The notes beneath the pieces are model-generated. The model ran no database searches. It saw only the letters and a program-made list of their open reading frames with translations, and was not told the DNA's origin. Shown one piece after another: positions 55,464 to 64,000 of a stretch of 64,000 nt of DNA (positions are counted from its first letter, which is position 1; each line of letters starts with the position of its first letter). Origin of the DNA: Verrucomicrobiia bacterium (GTDB taxonomy: Bacteria > Verrucomicrobiota > Verrucomicrobiia > Palsa-1439); the NCBI GenBank assembly GCA_022072455.1, contig JAJVHY010000001.1, positions 3,832 through 67,831 on the forward strand. Direction: 5' to 3'. Made by a program: the position numbers and the translations under genes.

Positions 55464-57508
55464 ACCTGATTCAGTTTCTCGCCAGGCTTAAGGATGACGG
55501 TATCCACAATTCTGAATTCCGCTGGCGCTAATTCAACCGGGTCGACATCGCCGAATTGGTGCAAGATGCAGCGGCGCGGATTCTTGAAGTCAATATTCTG
55601 CAAGCAGATTTTTCCCGCGTCGGGGAAATACGAATACGCGATATACTCGCAGTCGCCGTCTGGATGGACGGAGTCCGGCCCCGTGATCCAAACGTGCCCG
55701 CGCGAAATCCGCGCGATGTAACCATACAACAACCCCATCAATCCCTTGGAGTCAACAGTGCAGCCCGGCCCATCGTCAGTATTGAGTGCGCCGGGATAGG
55801 CCCACGAATTGATGAAGAACACCTGCCCCTTGCCGGACTTGCAGCGCAAGATAAATGGCCGGAACTCCTCGTCATCGTTGGCCAACACTTCGACGCGCGC
55901 TGGATCGGTCAGTTCGATCTTGCCGAGTTCCGCGCCGATGATGCCGTACCGGCGGGGAACGGCGAGACCCAAGGCGTTGGGCGTTCGCTCAAGGCCGGTC
56001 GCCCAATAGAAGCGGTCGCCAGGCCCCAGTACTTTCACACCGCACAGCGCGGAGAAGTCGCCTTTATTGACCAAGTCATCGACCGTGTAGTGGTGGTAGT
56101 TACGCGATAGATTTGTGGACAAGTGCGGGATGCCGAGACAAAGCGTGCCGCCGGCAGTCACGTAATCGACCAGCAGCGCGTATTGCTTCGGCGAACAGGT
56201 GTTCCAGCCGGAAAGAATCACTGCCTTGTAGTTGGCTTTCAGAAACGCCGCGTCAATCTGGTCCGCCGCGAAGCTGACAATGTCGACCATCCCGTGAGGC
56301 GAGCCGGCCAAGTGGAAGTTCTTGTTCGGCGCCAATACCGGCGGACGCGGATAGAAGACCGACTTAACAATGTCCCAACCACGCTCAGGAGCGCCTTCGT
56401 ACCAATCCGGATTCGCCTGTGCCAGACGGAACGCTCCGGCGATGGCGTTGTTCGGGGCGAATTCGCCGGCACAAATGTCATAGTTGCCTTTCGCGACAGC
56501 TACGGTCGCCTCCGGCTGACCGGCCGGAGCCGGATGCGCTTTGACAAAGTCATAAAAGTCGGAAATCTCCTTGCGATACTTGGCAGCCGTGGGAGAGCGA
56601 TAATCGATATTGCAAAAGAGTTTGCGCGCTTCGTCGATGTGCCGGTCCGTGATTTCCTTGCTCGTGTGACGCAAGCCGGGCGGAGTGCCTTCCACGCGGG
56701 GCATCGTGTGCATCGGCGAATCCGGGCAGAGCGAGGACTGGAGCGCCCAGTTGCCGCTTTCGTTAAGGATCAGCTTCGCGCCAGTCAAATACTTCAGATA
56801 CAGGCCGGCCTTGAACAAGGGGAACTTCAGCGGATTCGCTTGCGGCAGCCACGAATACCATTCGTGAGCCAAATGCGATCCCCACAACGGCAGATCGTAC
56901 TGCCGGTACAAACCGCGCGAAATAGCCGACGCCATCATCAGATGGCGGAATGCGAAATCTTCCGGCACCGGCACCTCCGCCCCACCGGCAATCTCGTAAT
57001 CAATGTAGAAATTGCTACTGGTGGCCATGACTGGCCCCCAACCGGTTTCCTGGCGTTCCTTGACGTGCGCGGCGACTTTGCTGAGCAACCTGTCCGCCAT
57101 GTCTTTGAGCGTGACGTCCTTCAACTCCTTGCCAGGCGGCAAGTCTTGGTCGTAGATGCCAAAAGAATACCGCTCGCCAAAATCATAGCCAATGTATTGG
57201 TCGCCGAATGCTTGGAACTGGGCGGAAATCTCCGGCGGTGCACTGGAATAGAGAAACGTCACGTACAGTCCCTGCGCCGTAGCCGACTTCGCCAGCTCCA
57301 GTAACCGCTCGCCCGACTGCCACAACTGCGCCGTATTGCCTTGATTGTCTTTGACGATGAGATTGACGCTCTCCGCCGCCGAGGGATAGTCCGGAGCCCA
57401 ATACGTAAAGGCCTTGCCGGAACATACTAATCGCCCCCCATGCTCATAAATTCCCGACCCCAAAAATAAACCACACGCCGGCAATTTGGTCTTCTTACTT
57501 TTTGTCAC
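55460..57508 (-). CDS. large hypothetical protein, glycoside-hydrolase-like (possible GH42-type trimerisation-domain architecture)
   Basis: 682 aa. Central segment KAVILSGWNTCSPKQYALLVDYVTAGGTLCL resembles the GATase1-like domain of GH42 enzymes. Weak assignment. Confidence 0.45.
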   Translation of the reverse strand: MTKSKKTKLPACGLFLGSGIYEHGGRLVCSGKAFTYWAPDYPSAAESVNLIVKDNQGNTAQLWQSGERLLELAKSATAQGLYVTFLYSSAPPEISAQFQAFGDQYIGYDFGERYSFGIYDQDLPPGKELKDVTLKDMADRLLSKVAAHVKERQETGWGPVMATSSNFYIDYEIAGGAEVPVPEDFAFRHLMMASAISRGLYRQYDLPLWGSHLAHEWYSWLPQANPLKFPLFKAGLYLKYLTGAKLILNESGNWALQSSLCPDSPMHTMPRVEGTPPGLRHTSKEITDRHIDEARKLFCNIDYRSPTAAKYRKEISDFYDFVKAHPAPAGQPEATVAVAKGNYDICAGEFAPNNAIAGAFRLAQANPDWYEGAPERGWDIVKSVFYPRPPVLAPNKNFHLAGSPHGMVDIVSFAADQIDAAFLKANYKAVILSGWNTCSPKQYALLVDYVTAGGTLCLGIPHLSTNLSRNYHHYTVDDLVNKGDFSALCGVKVLGPGDRFYWATGLERTPNALGLAVPRRYGIIGAELGKIELTDPARVEVLANDDEEFRPFILRCKSGKGQVFFINSWAYPGALNTDDGPGCTVDSKGLMGLLYGYIARISRGHVWITGPDSVHPDGDCEYIAYSYFPDAGKICLQNIDFKNPRRCILHQFGDVDPVELAPAEFRIVDTVILKPGEKLNQV

Positions 57509-59801
57509 GCTTCGTTCCTTTGTTGATTCGCTCCCTTGTCAGTCCACAAGCCGACTCCATCCGCACCGGCAAGCCTGGCGTCGCCGCCAACTGTTCCAGC
57601 ACCGGCAAAGCCTTGCGCGTCCCGCAGCACCGCAGCAACACGACCGCCTGCCACCACCGCGGCCAGCGGTTGCGTTCGACTGTCGGACCCACTTCCCGCT
57701 TCTTGATCGCGCGCAGCAATCGCGGTTCGACGGCTTGGTCGCCCCACGCCGCCCGCAACAGCGTGGCTTCCCAACCGGAAAACCCCGCCAACTGCCTGGC
57801 CCGGTACGCGCGCCAAAGCCCTTCAATCGGTTTGAAATCGCCCGGTTGAACCGCCCGGCCAAAATCGACAGGCGCTTCCTGAAGTTCCAGCGCCGACTTC
57901 AACCGCTCCCGCAACCGCTCCAACGGCACCCCGCGGCTTTCATCGGTCATCGCCGCCGCCCGACCGCAGACTTCGCCAATGCGTTGAATGTCACGTTGCA
58001 TCCGGAAACTGTGACACGCCTCCTCCGTCACCCCGGCCGCGCGACAGGCCATCCAGAGATTCGCCAAGCCTTTCGGCAACAGCATCCGGTACGGAATCTC
58101 GCACGCCGTCCGCGCCGCGGACAACCCGGCACAGCAGACGTAAAAGAACACATCGTCGCTCTCCAACTCGTACGCGGTTGTGTGGTTGTCATAGTGCGCG
58201 CCGGTAAACCCGACACAATCCGGAAAACGGCGCCGTTCAATCAAATCGTCCAGTGTCAGCATGTAGTCGGTCACGATCCGCCGGCCTTGCCGGACACCGA
58301 GCAACGGCGTGATGTAAGTCAGCCGGTTCACCGCGTTGAACACCGGCGCGGCATACCGGTGAATGCCCTCAATCCGCGCCCGCGTCAGGTCGGCGCTGTC
58401 CGTCGGATTCACGTGGCCGGAATCGGGATTCGTGATCCCCATCACATGCCGGCTGTTCTGCAAATAGAAACAACCGCACGATTGCGTGTACGGCTGCAAC
58501 CGCTCGCCCAATTCAAACTTCGCACCCGCCCACACCGCCAGATCTCCATCGCCGGTCGCGTCAATCCATGACCGTGCCTTCACGCGCCACACACCGCCCG
58601 GCGTCGCCACCAGAGCGGCCACCACGCGCTGGCGCCGCTTCTCGACGCCGCACACCATCGCGCCGAACTCAGTGCGCACACCGGCAAGAAACTCATCCAC
58701 GACAATCCGTTTCACGTCGGGATGAAATCCGCGCGGACACTCGTCCCGGCTCGCGAACAAGGGCATCAACTCCCGCACCCGGTCATCCACCTCCGCCTGC
58801 AACCCACCCGCGCAGCCATAGTAATAACTCGAAATCCCCGCGCCCACGCCCACGCCGCCGGCAAATGCCAGCGGATCGAACGCCATCACCTCCGCGCCCT
58901 CCCGCTGCGCCGCAATCGCCGCCATCACCCCGCCGGTACCCAAGCCGGCAATCGCCACGTCGGCGGATTCTTCCCGGTAAATCACCGGCTCCGGCTTCCC
59001 TTTTACGGTGCACGTTGCCGCAAGCTCTGCTGCCGCCGACCGCCCAAGCTCAAATCGCTCAACGAGCGTCGTTATCGGCTGCGCCACCATTGCCGGCGAT
59101 GCCACGGCGACGTTGGCCGGCAACTGGCAACCTGGTCCGGCGCCATACACCGGATACGGCTCGAAACTGACGTGGCTGACGAAACCGTCCGGCACTTCGG
59201 CGCGGAACGTTTTGAGCGCCGGCACGAGTCGCGCGAGAAAGCGCGTTTCCGTGCCCGGCATCTCGACCCGGAGAATCCGCTCGTTGGGCCAGTGCGACTC
59301 GCGCCGGCCAGGCCAGCGCAACTTCTGGAAGAACATCCGCGCGGTGAGACTTGCCGGCGTTTTTGGCTGGAGCGCGGGGTTGAGCAACCGCGCCAGCGTG
59401 CCGGTCTCGGTGGCATCAATCCATTGCTCGGCCACAAGTCGGCGCAGGCCAGACTTCGTTGCGACGGTCACGGCGGCGAGCAGGTCGCCGGCAAGCTCGA
59501 CGCCGACTGGGGCGACTTGATAGAGCGCCGGCAACTTCGCGTCCCGGATTAGTTCATTGGCGACGATCTCCGCCGTTGCGCCGTCGAACCATTCGTCAGT
59601 AATGCCGGTGCGGTGGATGATGCATTCGGCGAACTTGGCGAAGTCCGGCGTCCACGGGCCGGTCTCGTTCTGGAAGGCGCGCCCGCTTTCCCAGAGGAGA
59701 TCGCCACGCAAATCGGCGAGGAGCACCTGCTTGTCCTTTAAGCGCATCGCCGCCGCGAAACCGGCATAGCCTGCCCCGAAGATGACGACGTCGTATTTCA
59801 T
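57495..59801 (-). CDS. FAD-dependent oxidoreductase with two tandem FAD-binding domains
   Basis: Two dinucleotide-binding motifs (VVIFGAGYAGFAAA and VAIAGLGTGGVMAAIAA). 768 aa. Confidence 0.75.
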   Translation of the reverse strand: MKYDVVIFGAGYAGFAAAMRLKDKQVLLADLRGDLLWESGRAFQNETGPWTPDFAKFAECIIHRTGITDEWFDGATAEIVANELIRDAKLPALYQVAPVGVELAGDLLAAVTVATKSGLRRLVAEQWIDATETGTLARLLNPALQPKTPASLTARMFFQKLRWPGRRESHWPNERILRVEMPGTETRFLARLVPALKTFRAEVPDGFVSHVSFEPYPVYGAGPGCQLPANVAVASPAMVAQPITTLVERFELGRSAAAELAATCTVKGKPEPVIYREESADVAIAGLGTGGVMAAIAAQREGAEVMAFDPLAFAGGVGVGAGISSYYYGCAGGLQAEVDDRVRELMPLFASRDECPRGFHPDVKRIVVDEFLAGVRTEFGAMVCGVEKRRQRVVAALVATPGGVWRVKARSWIDATGDGDLAVWAGAKFELGERLQPYTQSCGCFYLQNSRHVMGITNPDSGHVNPTDSADLTRARIEGIHRYAAPVFNAVNRLTYITPLLGVRQGRRIVTDYMLTLDDLIERRRFPDCVGFTGAHYDNHTTAYELESDDVFFYVCCAGLSAARTACEIPYRMLLPKGLANLWMACRAAGVTEEACHSFRMQRDIQRIGEVCGRAAAMTDESRGVPLERLRERLKSALELQEAPVDFGRAVQPGDFKPIEGLWRAYRARQLAGFSGWEATLLRAAWGDQAVEPRLLRAIKKREVGPTVERNRWPRWWQAVVLLRCCGTRKALPVLEQLAATPGLPVRMESACGLTRERINKGTKRDKK

Positions 59802-61432
59802 AGTTCTGCCAGCAGAGAAGTGTGCGCCGGCAATTCCGCAGTGAGTTTACCATGCCGGACGGTGACCGGCTTGCCGGTCCAGAAATCGCGAGCCCGATCG
59901 CCGGTCACGTTCATGGACAACGTTCGCGGCTTGTCGTCCCAATTGATGAGCAGAACGCGGTTGGGTTGTTGCGTCCAATACCGGGGGTATTTCGCGGAGA
60001 ACAGGTCGAGAGCGATTCCGGCTGCGCCGCGTTTGGCGGCGACGGTGCGACGGATGAGGTCGAGGCCAACGGGATTGAGTTTGGTGAGGTCGTCGGAGAG
60101 GTTCACTGCGCCGCCGGAAATGAGCACGAGACTTAGCAGCGTGCGCGCTTCGTCGAGTGAGAGCGTGGAGAGAACCCAGGGTTCGTGGGGGGCGGGTTCG
60201 TTGGGTTTGACGAAGACCAGGCACGGGCGGAGCCGGTTGAGGTCAGGATCTTTGGCCGTGGCCGGGCCGCGGCAGAGCGCGAAGTCGGGATCGTTCTCCC
60301 AGAGCCGGCCGTGCGCCCACCAGCGGGCGGCGATGGAACTGACGTTTTCCTTCACGCAGTCCCACCGGGCGTGGATGTCGCTCGATGTGCGGACGGCGTT
60401 CACCAGCGCGTTGCCGGCAAAGAAATCGTAGCCGCACCCCATGATTTGCGCGCGACCGTTGATGCCGCGATGCGCGGCTTCGACGAGCCGGCGGACGAGC
60501 TGGCCGGGTGGCACGGCGGTGTCGGCGAAGACCGGCGCCTTCAACATCTGTTTGAGAAAGTCCAACTTGAAGTACCGGTAGCCCATGCTGGCGTACCGGT
60601 CGAAGAGCGCACGAAGCCAGCGTTGTGTTTTCGGCACGGTTGGATCGAGCACAAAGCCGAACCGGCGCATGCATTCGAAGGCGAGACACGGGTGGCCGGA
60701 TTCGCCTTTGGCGAGCATGTCAGTGTCCCATTGAGCAATGCGGGCATGGGGTTCGATAACGGCCGGGGCGAACCAGAGGCCAGGCTCGAAACCCGTTCGC
60801 GTCAGCCGTTTGGCCAGCCATTCCATGCCGTGCGGGAACAGCGGGTTGGCGTCCCATTCGCCGTAACAGTATTGCCAACCGTCATCAATGATGATGCGCT
60901 TGACGTGCCGGCGCAGGACCGGATCGGCGGCGATGAACTCGGCGTTGCGCACCACGGCTTCTTCGGTGACCGTCCACCGGTAATAGTCCCACGAATTCCA
61001 GCCGACGACCGGATTGAGTTGCGGGACGCGCTCCCGGTTTTGATCGGCCCAGGCTTCCATGAGTGCATGGCCGTTCGGGGATGAATATAGGTATAATGGC
61101 CCGCTGGTGACAGTCAGGTTGCGGACGCCGCGCTTGCCGGCAATGCCGGACATGGCCGAGGGGTTGACTTGCCGGAGGGGCTGGCAAAGTTGGAGTGTGA
61201 CGCCCTGCCGGGTGATCATCGTCTGTAAATAGCTGGTGAATTTTTCGTTGGCCGGCATCGGGATGGACGCGCAGCCACCGGCGGAACGGCCATGGACCAG
61301 GACGTGATCAGCCGGGATGTTTTTCACGCGCAGTGCGCCGGCAAAATCGAGCCGGATACCGTTCTCGACCGGTGATCGTTTGAGTTTTCTGGCCTCGACC
61401 GCAAAATCAAAACCTGGCAAGTGAATCATCAT
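59798..61432 (-). CDS. alpha-galactosidase-like glycoside hydrolase (GH27/GH36 melibiase clan)
   Basis: Motifs VVGWNSWDYY, IIIDDGWQ, YRYFKLDF. Start at MM (ATGATG) overlapping the upstream gene's stop (ATGA). No signal peptide. Confidence 0.7.
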   Translation of the reverse strand: MMIHLPGFDFAVEARKLKRSPVENGIRLDFAGALRVKNIPADHVLVHGRSAGGCASIPMPANEKFTSYLQTMITRQGVTLQLCQPLRQVNPSAMSGIAGKRGVRNLTVTSGPLYLYSSPNGHALMEAWADQNRERVPQLNPVVGWNSWDYYRWTVTEEAVVRNAEFIAADPVLRRHVKRIIIDDGWQYCYGEWDANPLFPHGMEWLAKRLTRTGFEPGLWFAPAVIEPHARIAQWDTDMLAKGESGHPCLAFECMRRFGFVLDPTVPKTQRWLRALFDRYASMGYRYFKLDFLKQMLKAPVFADTAVPPGQLVRRLVEAAHRGINGRAQIMGCGYDFFAGNALVNAVRTSSDIHARWDCVKENVSSIAARWWAHGRLWENDPDFALCRGPATAKDPDLNRLRPCLVFVKPNEPAPHEPWVLSTLSLDEARTLLSLVLISGGAVNLSDDLTKLNPVGLDLIRRTVAAKRGAAGIALDLFSAKYPRYWTQQPNRVLLINWDDKPRTLSMNVTGDRARDFWTGKPVTVRHGKLTAELPAHTSLLAEL

Positions 61433-62484
61433 TGGTTGAGCCTTTCGACGACCGCTTCGCCCAATTGCTGGGTGGTCAGTTTCCCGCCAAGATCGGGTGT
61501 TCCCAAACTCGCGTCGAGCACGCTTTCCACGGCGATGCGGATCCGCTGGGCGGCGGCGCACTGGCCGAGAAACTCCAACATCAGCGCACCGCTCAGGATG
61601 GCGGCGATGGGATTGGCGATCCCCTTGCCGGTAATGTCGGGGGCTGAACCGTGCACGGGCTCGAACATGGATGGGAATTGGCGTTCGGGATTGATGTTCG
61701 CACTCGAGGCGAGGCCCAGACCGCCGGCAATTGCCCCGCCGAGATCGGTCAGAATGTCGCCAAAGAGATTTGAGGCCACGACCACATCGAAGCGTTCGGG
61801 GCAACGGACGAAATTCATCGCTGCGGCGTCCACGTGCTGCTTGTCGGAGCGCACGGACGGATACCGGGTGCGAACTTCCTCGAAGATTTCGTCCCAGAGC
61901 ACCATGCCGTGCTTGAGGGCGTTGGACTTGGTCACCAGTGTGAGTTGACGCCGTGGGCGTGTCAGCGCGGTTTCGAAGCCAAACCGGATGATCCGCTCGA
62001 TGCCGCGGCGTGAGTGGATTGCGTTCTCGATTGCGACCTCGTCGGCGGTCTGGCGCTTGAAGCGCCCGCCGATGCCGGCATATTCGCCTTCGCTGTTTTC
62101 GCGGATCACAACCATGTCGATGTCCTTGGGCGACTTGTTCGCGAGCGGGGTCTTCACGCCGGCATAGAGTCGTGCGGGGCGGACACAGGCGTATTGATCG
62201 AACTGCTGCCGCATGGCGATGAGCGGGGCGAGCGAGATGTGGTCCGGCATCTTCGCCGGCCAGCCCAAGGCACCGAGAAAAATGGCGTCGAACTTTTTCA
62301 GTTGCCCCAGAAAATCATCCGGAACAGCTTGCCGGTGCTGCTCGTAGTATTCGGCCCCCCAAGGCAGGTGCGTGAACTCCAATCTGCAGTCGCCCTGCGC
62401 CGCCGCCAACACGCGCACAGCTTGCTCGACCACTTCCGGGCCGATGCCGTCCCCGGCATACACAGCGATGTTGAACTTCTTCAC
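61429..62484 (-). CDS. isocitrate/isopropylmalate/tartrate dehydrogenase family decarboxylating dehydrogenase (tartrate-dehydrogenase-like)
   Basis: N-terminal IAVYAGDGIGPEV. Metal/NAD region NLFGDILTDLGGAIAGGLGLASSANINP. Start GTG overlapping the GH20 stop (GTGA). The ORF-track N-terminal extension is rejected because it overlaps GH20. Confidence 0.8.
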   Translation of the reverse strand: MKKFNIAVYAGDGIGPEVVEQAVRVLAAAQGDCRLEFTHLPWGAEYYEQHRQAVPDDFLGQLKKFDAIFLGALGWPAKMPDHISLAPLIAMRQQFDQYACVRPARLYAGVKTPLANKSPKDIDMVVIRENSEGEYAGIGGRFKRQTADEVAIENAIHSRRGIERIIRFGFETALTRPRRQLTLVTKSNALKHGMVLWDEIFEEVRTRYPSVRSDKQHVDAAAMNFVRCPERFDVVVASNLFGDILTDLGGAIAGGLGLASSANINPERQFPSMFEPVHGSAPDITGKGIANPIAAILSGALMLEFLGQCAAAQRIRIAVESVLDASLGTPDLGGKLTTQQLGEAVVERLNQ

Positions 62485-64000
62485 TTGATGCACGATGGCG
62501 ACGCAGCGCGGCCGGTCCAGAAATTGTGCCACAACGTCGGTCCTTGATACGCCTTCACGAGCTTGGTTTCGAACTCGGGGATGGACGGGGTCTTGCCGGC
62601 GAGGTAGTCGCGCAAGGTGAGGCGGAGACTGGCGAGACGCGTTTGCAGGCCGCCGTACCGGCGTTCGAGGACTTCGAGGCCGAACGGTTTGTAGGTGGCC
62701 AGCCACATTGCGCGGTGACACTTCCAGAGTTCGTCCACGGCTTTTTGGAGTCGCACGAGGTCGCCGTTCATGAGGGCGGTGAGTTGTCGGCGATTGCCGG
62801 ACTTGTAGGCGGTGACGAGTTTTTGGCGGAGCGTGGTCTTGATGGCGAGGGTGGCCGCCATGCGCGCCGGGAATTCGAGACGGCCGGTAGTCGGCAATGC
62901 GCGGGCAAGTTTGGCAAAGTGGGCGGCGTGCGCTTCCGGCTTGTCGATCTGCGGATCAAGCAGGCCGAGCGCGGGGTCCTGCCACAGAATCCACTTACTG
63001 GGATTGGCGGCGTAGTGGTCGAGAGGTTCGGGGTACTTGCGGGCGGCAAACGTGTCCAGAGTGGCCGCCCGGCAATAGACGTCGAAGTCGGCGTCGCATG
63101 CGCCGCGGAAATTGGCGCGGAGGAGTTTGTCGTCCACTTTGTCGGCATAGCCGTGTTCGGCGAAATGTTGCAGTGCCGGCAAGGCGGAGAAGATGTCGTA
63201 CTCGTTGCCGTCGTCGCCCCAGAGGGTCAGGAACACTTCGCGGAGGTGCTGTTTTTTACAGGCGGTCATGCAGGCATCGGTGACGGAGAACGCCTTGGGC
63301 AGGAGCGTCCAGAACCTGCTCCACGTCCACGCGCCTCCGGCCATGATGGGTTCGGAGCCGAGGGCGCGGTGACGTTTGATGAACTCTGTGTAGAACTTCA
63401 CGTCGTGGTGGTAGTAGTCCCAATACACGAGTTCGACGCCCTTCGGGATTTGCGCGATGACCTTGCGGGGGATGTCGGCTTTGAGGTCGTAGTAGTTGTG
63501 CGTCTTCGAGCCGATGCGGAAATACATGTCGCTCCAGATCATCGGGCGCAAGCCGAGGCCGAGGCAGATTTTGCGGACGCGCGCGAGGTGGGCGTTGAGG
63601 ATGTCGAAGGCGCTTTTCTCGCCGTAGAGTTCCCGGTAACGGCCCGAGCCGATGCCGTGGGCTTCGTCCATGCCGATGTGGATGCGCTTGGAGCGGAACG
63701 GTGCGCTGGCGGCGCGAATCATTTTTTCCAACAACAGGTAAGTCTTCTCCTGCTTGGCGAGGAGGACGCTTGTGTTATCAACGTAATCCCGGTAAGCGGG
63801 CCATTGCAGGATTTGTTCGAGGTGGCCCAGCGCTTGGATACACGGGAACATTTCGATGCCGAACTTCGCGGCATACCGGTCGAGGCGGCGGAGTTCGGCT
63901 GGCGTGTACGCGCCGCGCAGGTAACCGAACATCGGTTCGCCCGGCACCTCATAGGTGTCCTCAGTGTAAAGCATCAGGACGTTGATACCCATGAGCGCCA
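62481..64000 (-). CDS. glycoside hydrolase family 20-like beta-N-acetylhexosaminidase catalytic domain (probably N-terminally truncated by window end)
   Basis: TIM-barrel GH20-like motifs (RIHIGMDEAHGIGSG, WSDMY..., LWGDDGNE). The ORF reaches 63992 with only 8 nt left in the window. Confidence 0.65.
   Translation of the reverse strand, partial: ALMGINVLMLYTEDTYEVPGEPMFGYLRGAYTPAELRRLDRYAAKFGIEMFPCIQALGHLEQILQWPAYRDYVDNTSVLLAKQEKTYLLLEKMIRAASAPFRSKRIHIGMDEAHGIGSGRYRELYGEKSAFDILNAHLARVRKICLGLGLRPMIWSDMYFRIGSKTHNYYDLKADIPRKVIAQIPKGVELVYWDYYHHDVKFYTEFIKRHRALGSEPIMAGGAWTWSRFWTLLPKAFSVTDACMTACKKQHLREVFLTLWGDDGNEYDIFSALPALQHFAEHGYADKVDDKLLRANFRGACDADFDVYCRAATLDTFAARKYPEPLDHYAANPSKWILWQDPALGLLDPQIDKPEAHAAHFAKLARALPTTGRLEFPARMAATLAIKTTLRQKLVTAYKSGNRRQLTALMNGDLVRLQKAVDELWKCHRAMWLATYKPFGLEVLERRYGGLQTRLASLRLTLRDYLAGKTPSIPEFETKLVKAYQGPTLWHNFWTGRAASPSCIK

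Noticed and set aside
61429-62721. 80-codon N-terminal extension of the IPMDH-like ORF
   Set aside because: It overlaps the GH20 gene in another frame. The conserved N-terminus (KKFNIAVYAGDGIGPE) starts at the GTG that overlaps the GH20 stop, a classic GTGA coupling.
1-64000. Mobile elements, integrases, transposases and prophage genes
   Set aside because: No transposase or integrase motifs (DDE, tyrosine recombinase R-H-R-Y) were recognised in any frame. The only mobile-looking item is the intragenic palindrome in cca, which is reported as a finding.

Overview
This is a high-GC (~63%) bacterial chromosomal segment with dense, mostly minus-strand coding. Prepilin-type proteins and two sigma-54 enhancer-binding proteins suggest a Verrucomicrobia/PVC-like organism, held with low confidence. 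The main blocks are as follows.

(1) 1-3.3 kb: the 5' part of an Rhs/YD-repeat gene that runs off the window start, preceded by two unknown genes.

(2) 3.3-4.5 kb: a NarL/FixJ-type response regulator flanked by a 13-copy 21-bp tandem repeat array and by a 13-nt poly-C tract in its promoter region.

(3) 4.5-7 kb: a CCA tRNA nucleotidyltransferase and an M50 site-2 protease. The cca gene carries an in-frame 15-bp-arm hairpin insertion.

(4) 7-19.7 kb: a type IV pilus / T2SS-like locus. It comprises a PilX-like Ca-repeat protein, two pseudopilins, the PilQ secretin, PilP, PilO, PilN, PilM, a pilin and PilC. Two NtrC-family sigma-54 activators without sensor kinases bracket it. No PilB/PilT/PilD is present in the window. 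Five copies of a conserved -24/-12 element, TGGCAT-N5-GTGCT, sit upstream of the pilin, pilM, pilQ, pseudopilin operon and pilC.

(5) 19.8-40.6 kb: housekeeping genes. These are a cyclophilin, YgfZ, tadA, YqgE, a FadB-like protein plus thiolase, M28 and M48 peptidases, parB, mazG, a LemA plus zinc-ribbon HtpX pair, sufU, a thioredoxin-like protein, mutM, tRNA-Leu and tRNA-Ser, kdsD, efp and an AraC regulator.

(6) 40.6-64 kb: a putative glycan and amino-sugar utilisation locus. It holds a GH20-like hexosaminidase, a tartrate/isopropylmalate-dehydrogenase-family enzyme translationally coupled to a GH27/36-like alpha-galactosidase, a double FAD-oxidoreductase, tandem paralogous secreted proteins, a Gfo/Idh/MocA (GH109-like) protein, a BNR/Asp-box protein, a sugar-phosphate isomerase, a DegT aminotransferase, a UDP-sugar dehydrogenase and two amidohydrolases.

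No CRISPR arrays, transposases or integrases were found. Product calls, gene symbols and family names rest on recognised motifs and recalled family features, not on database searches.
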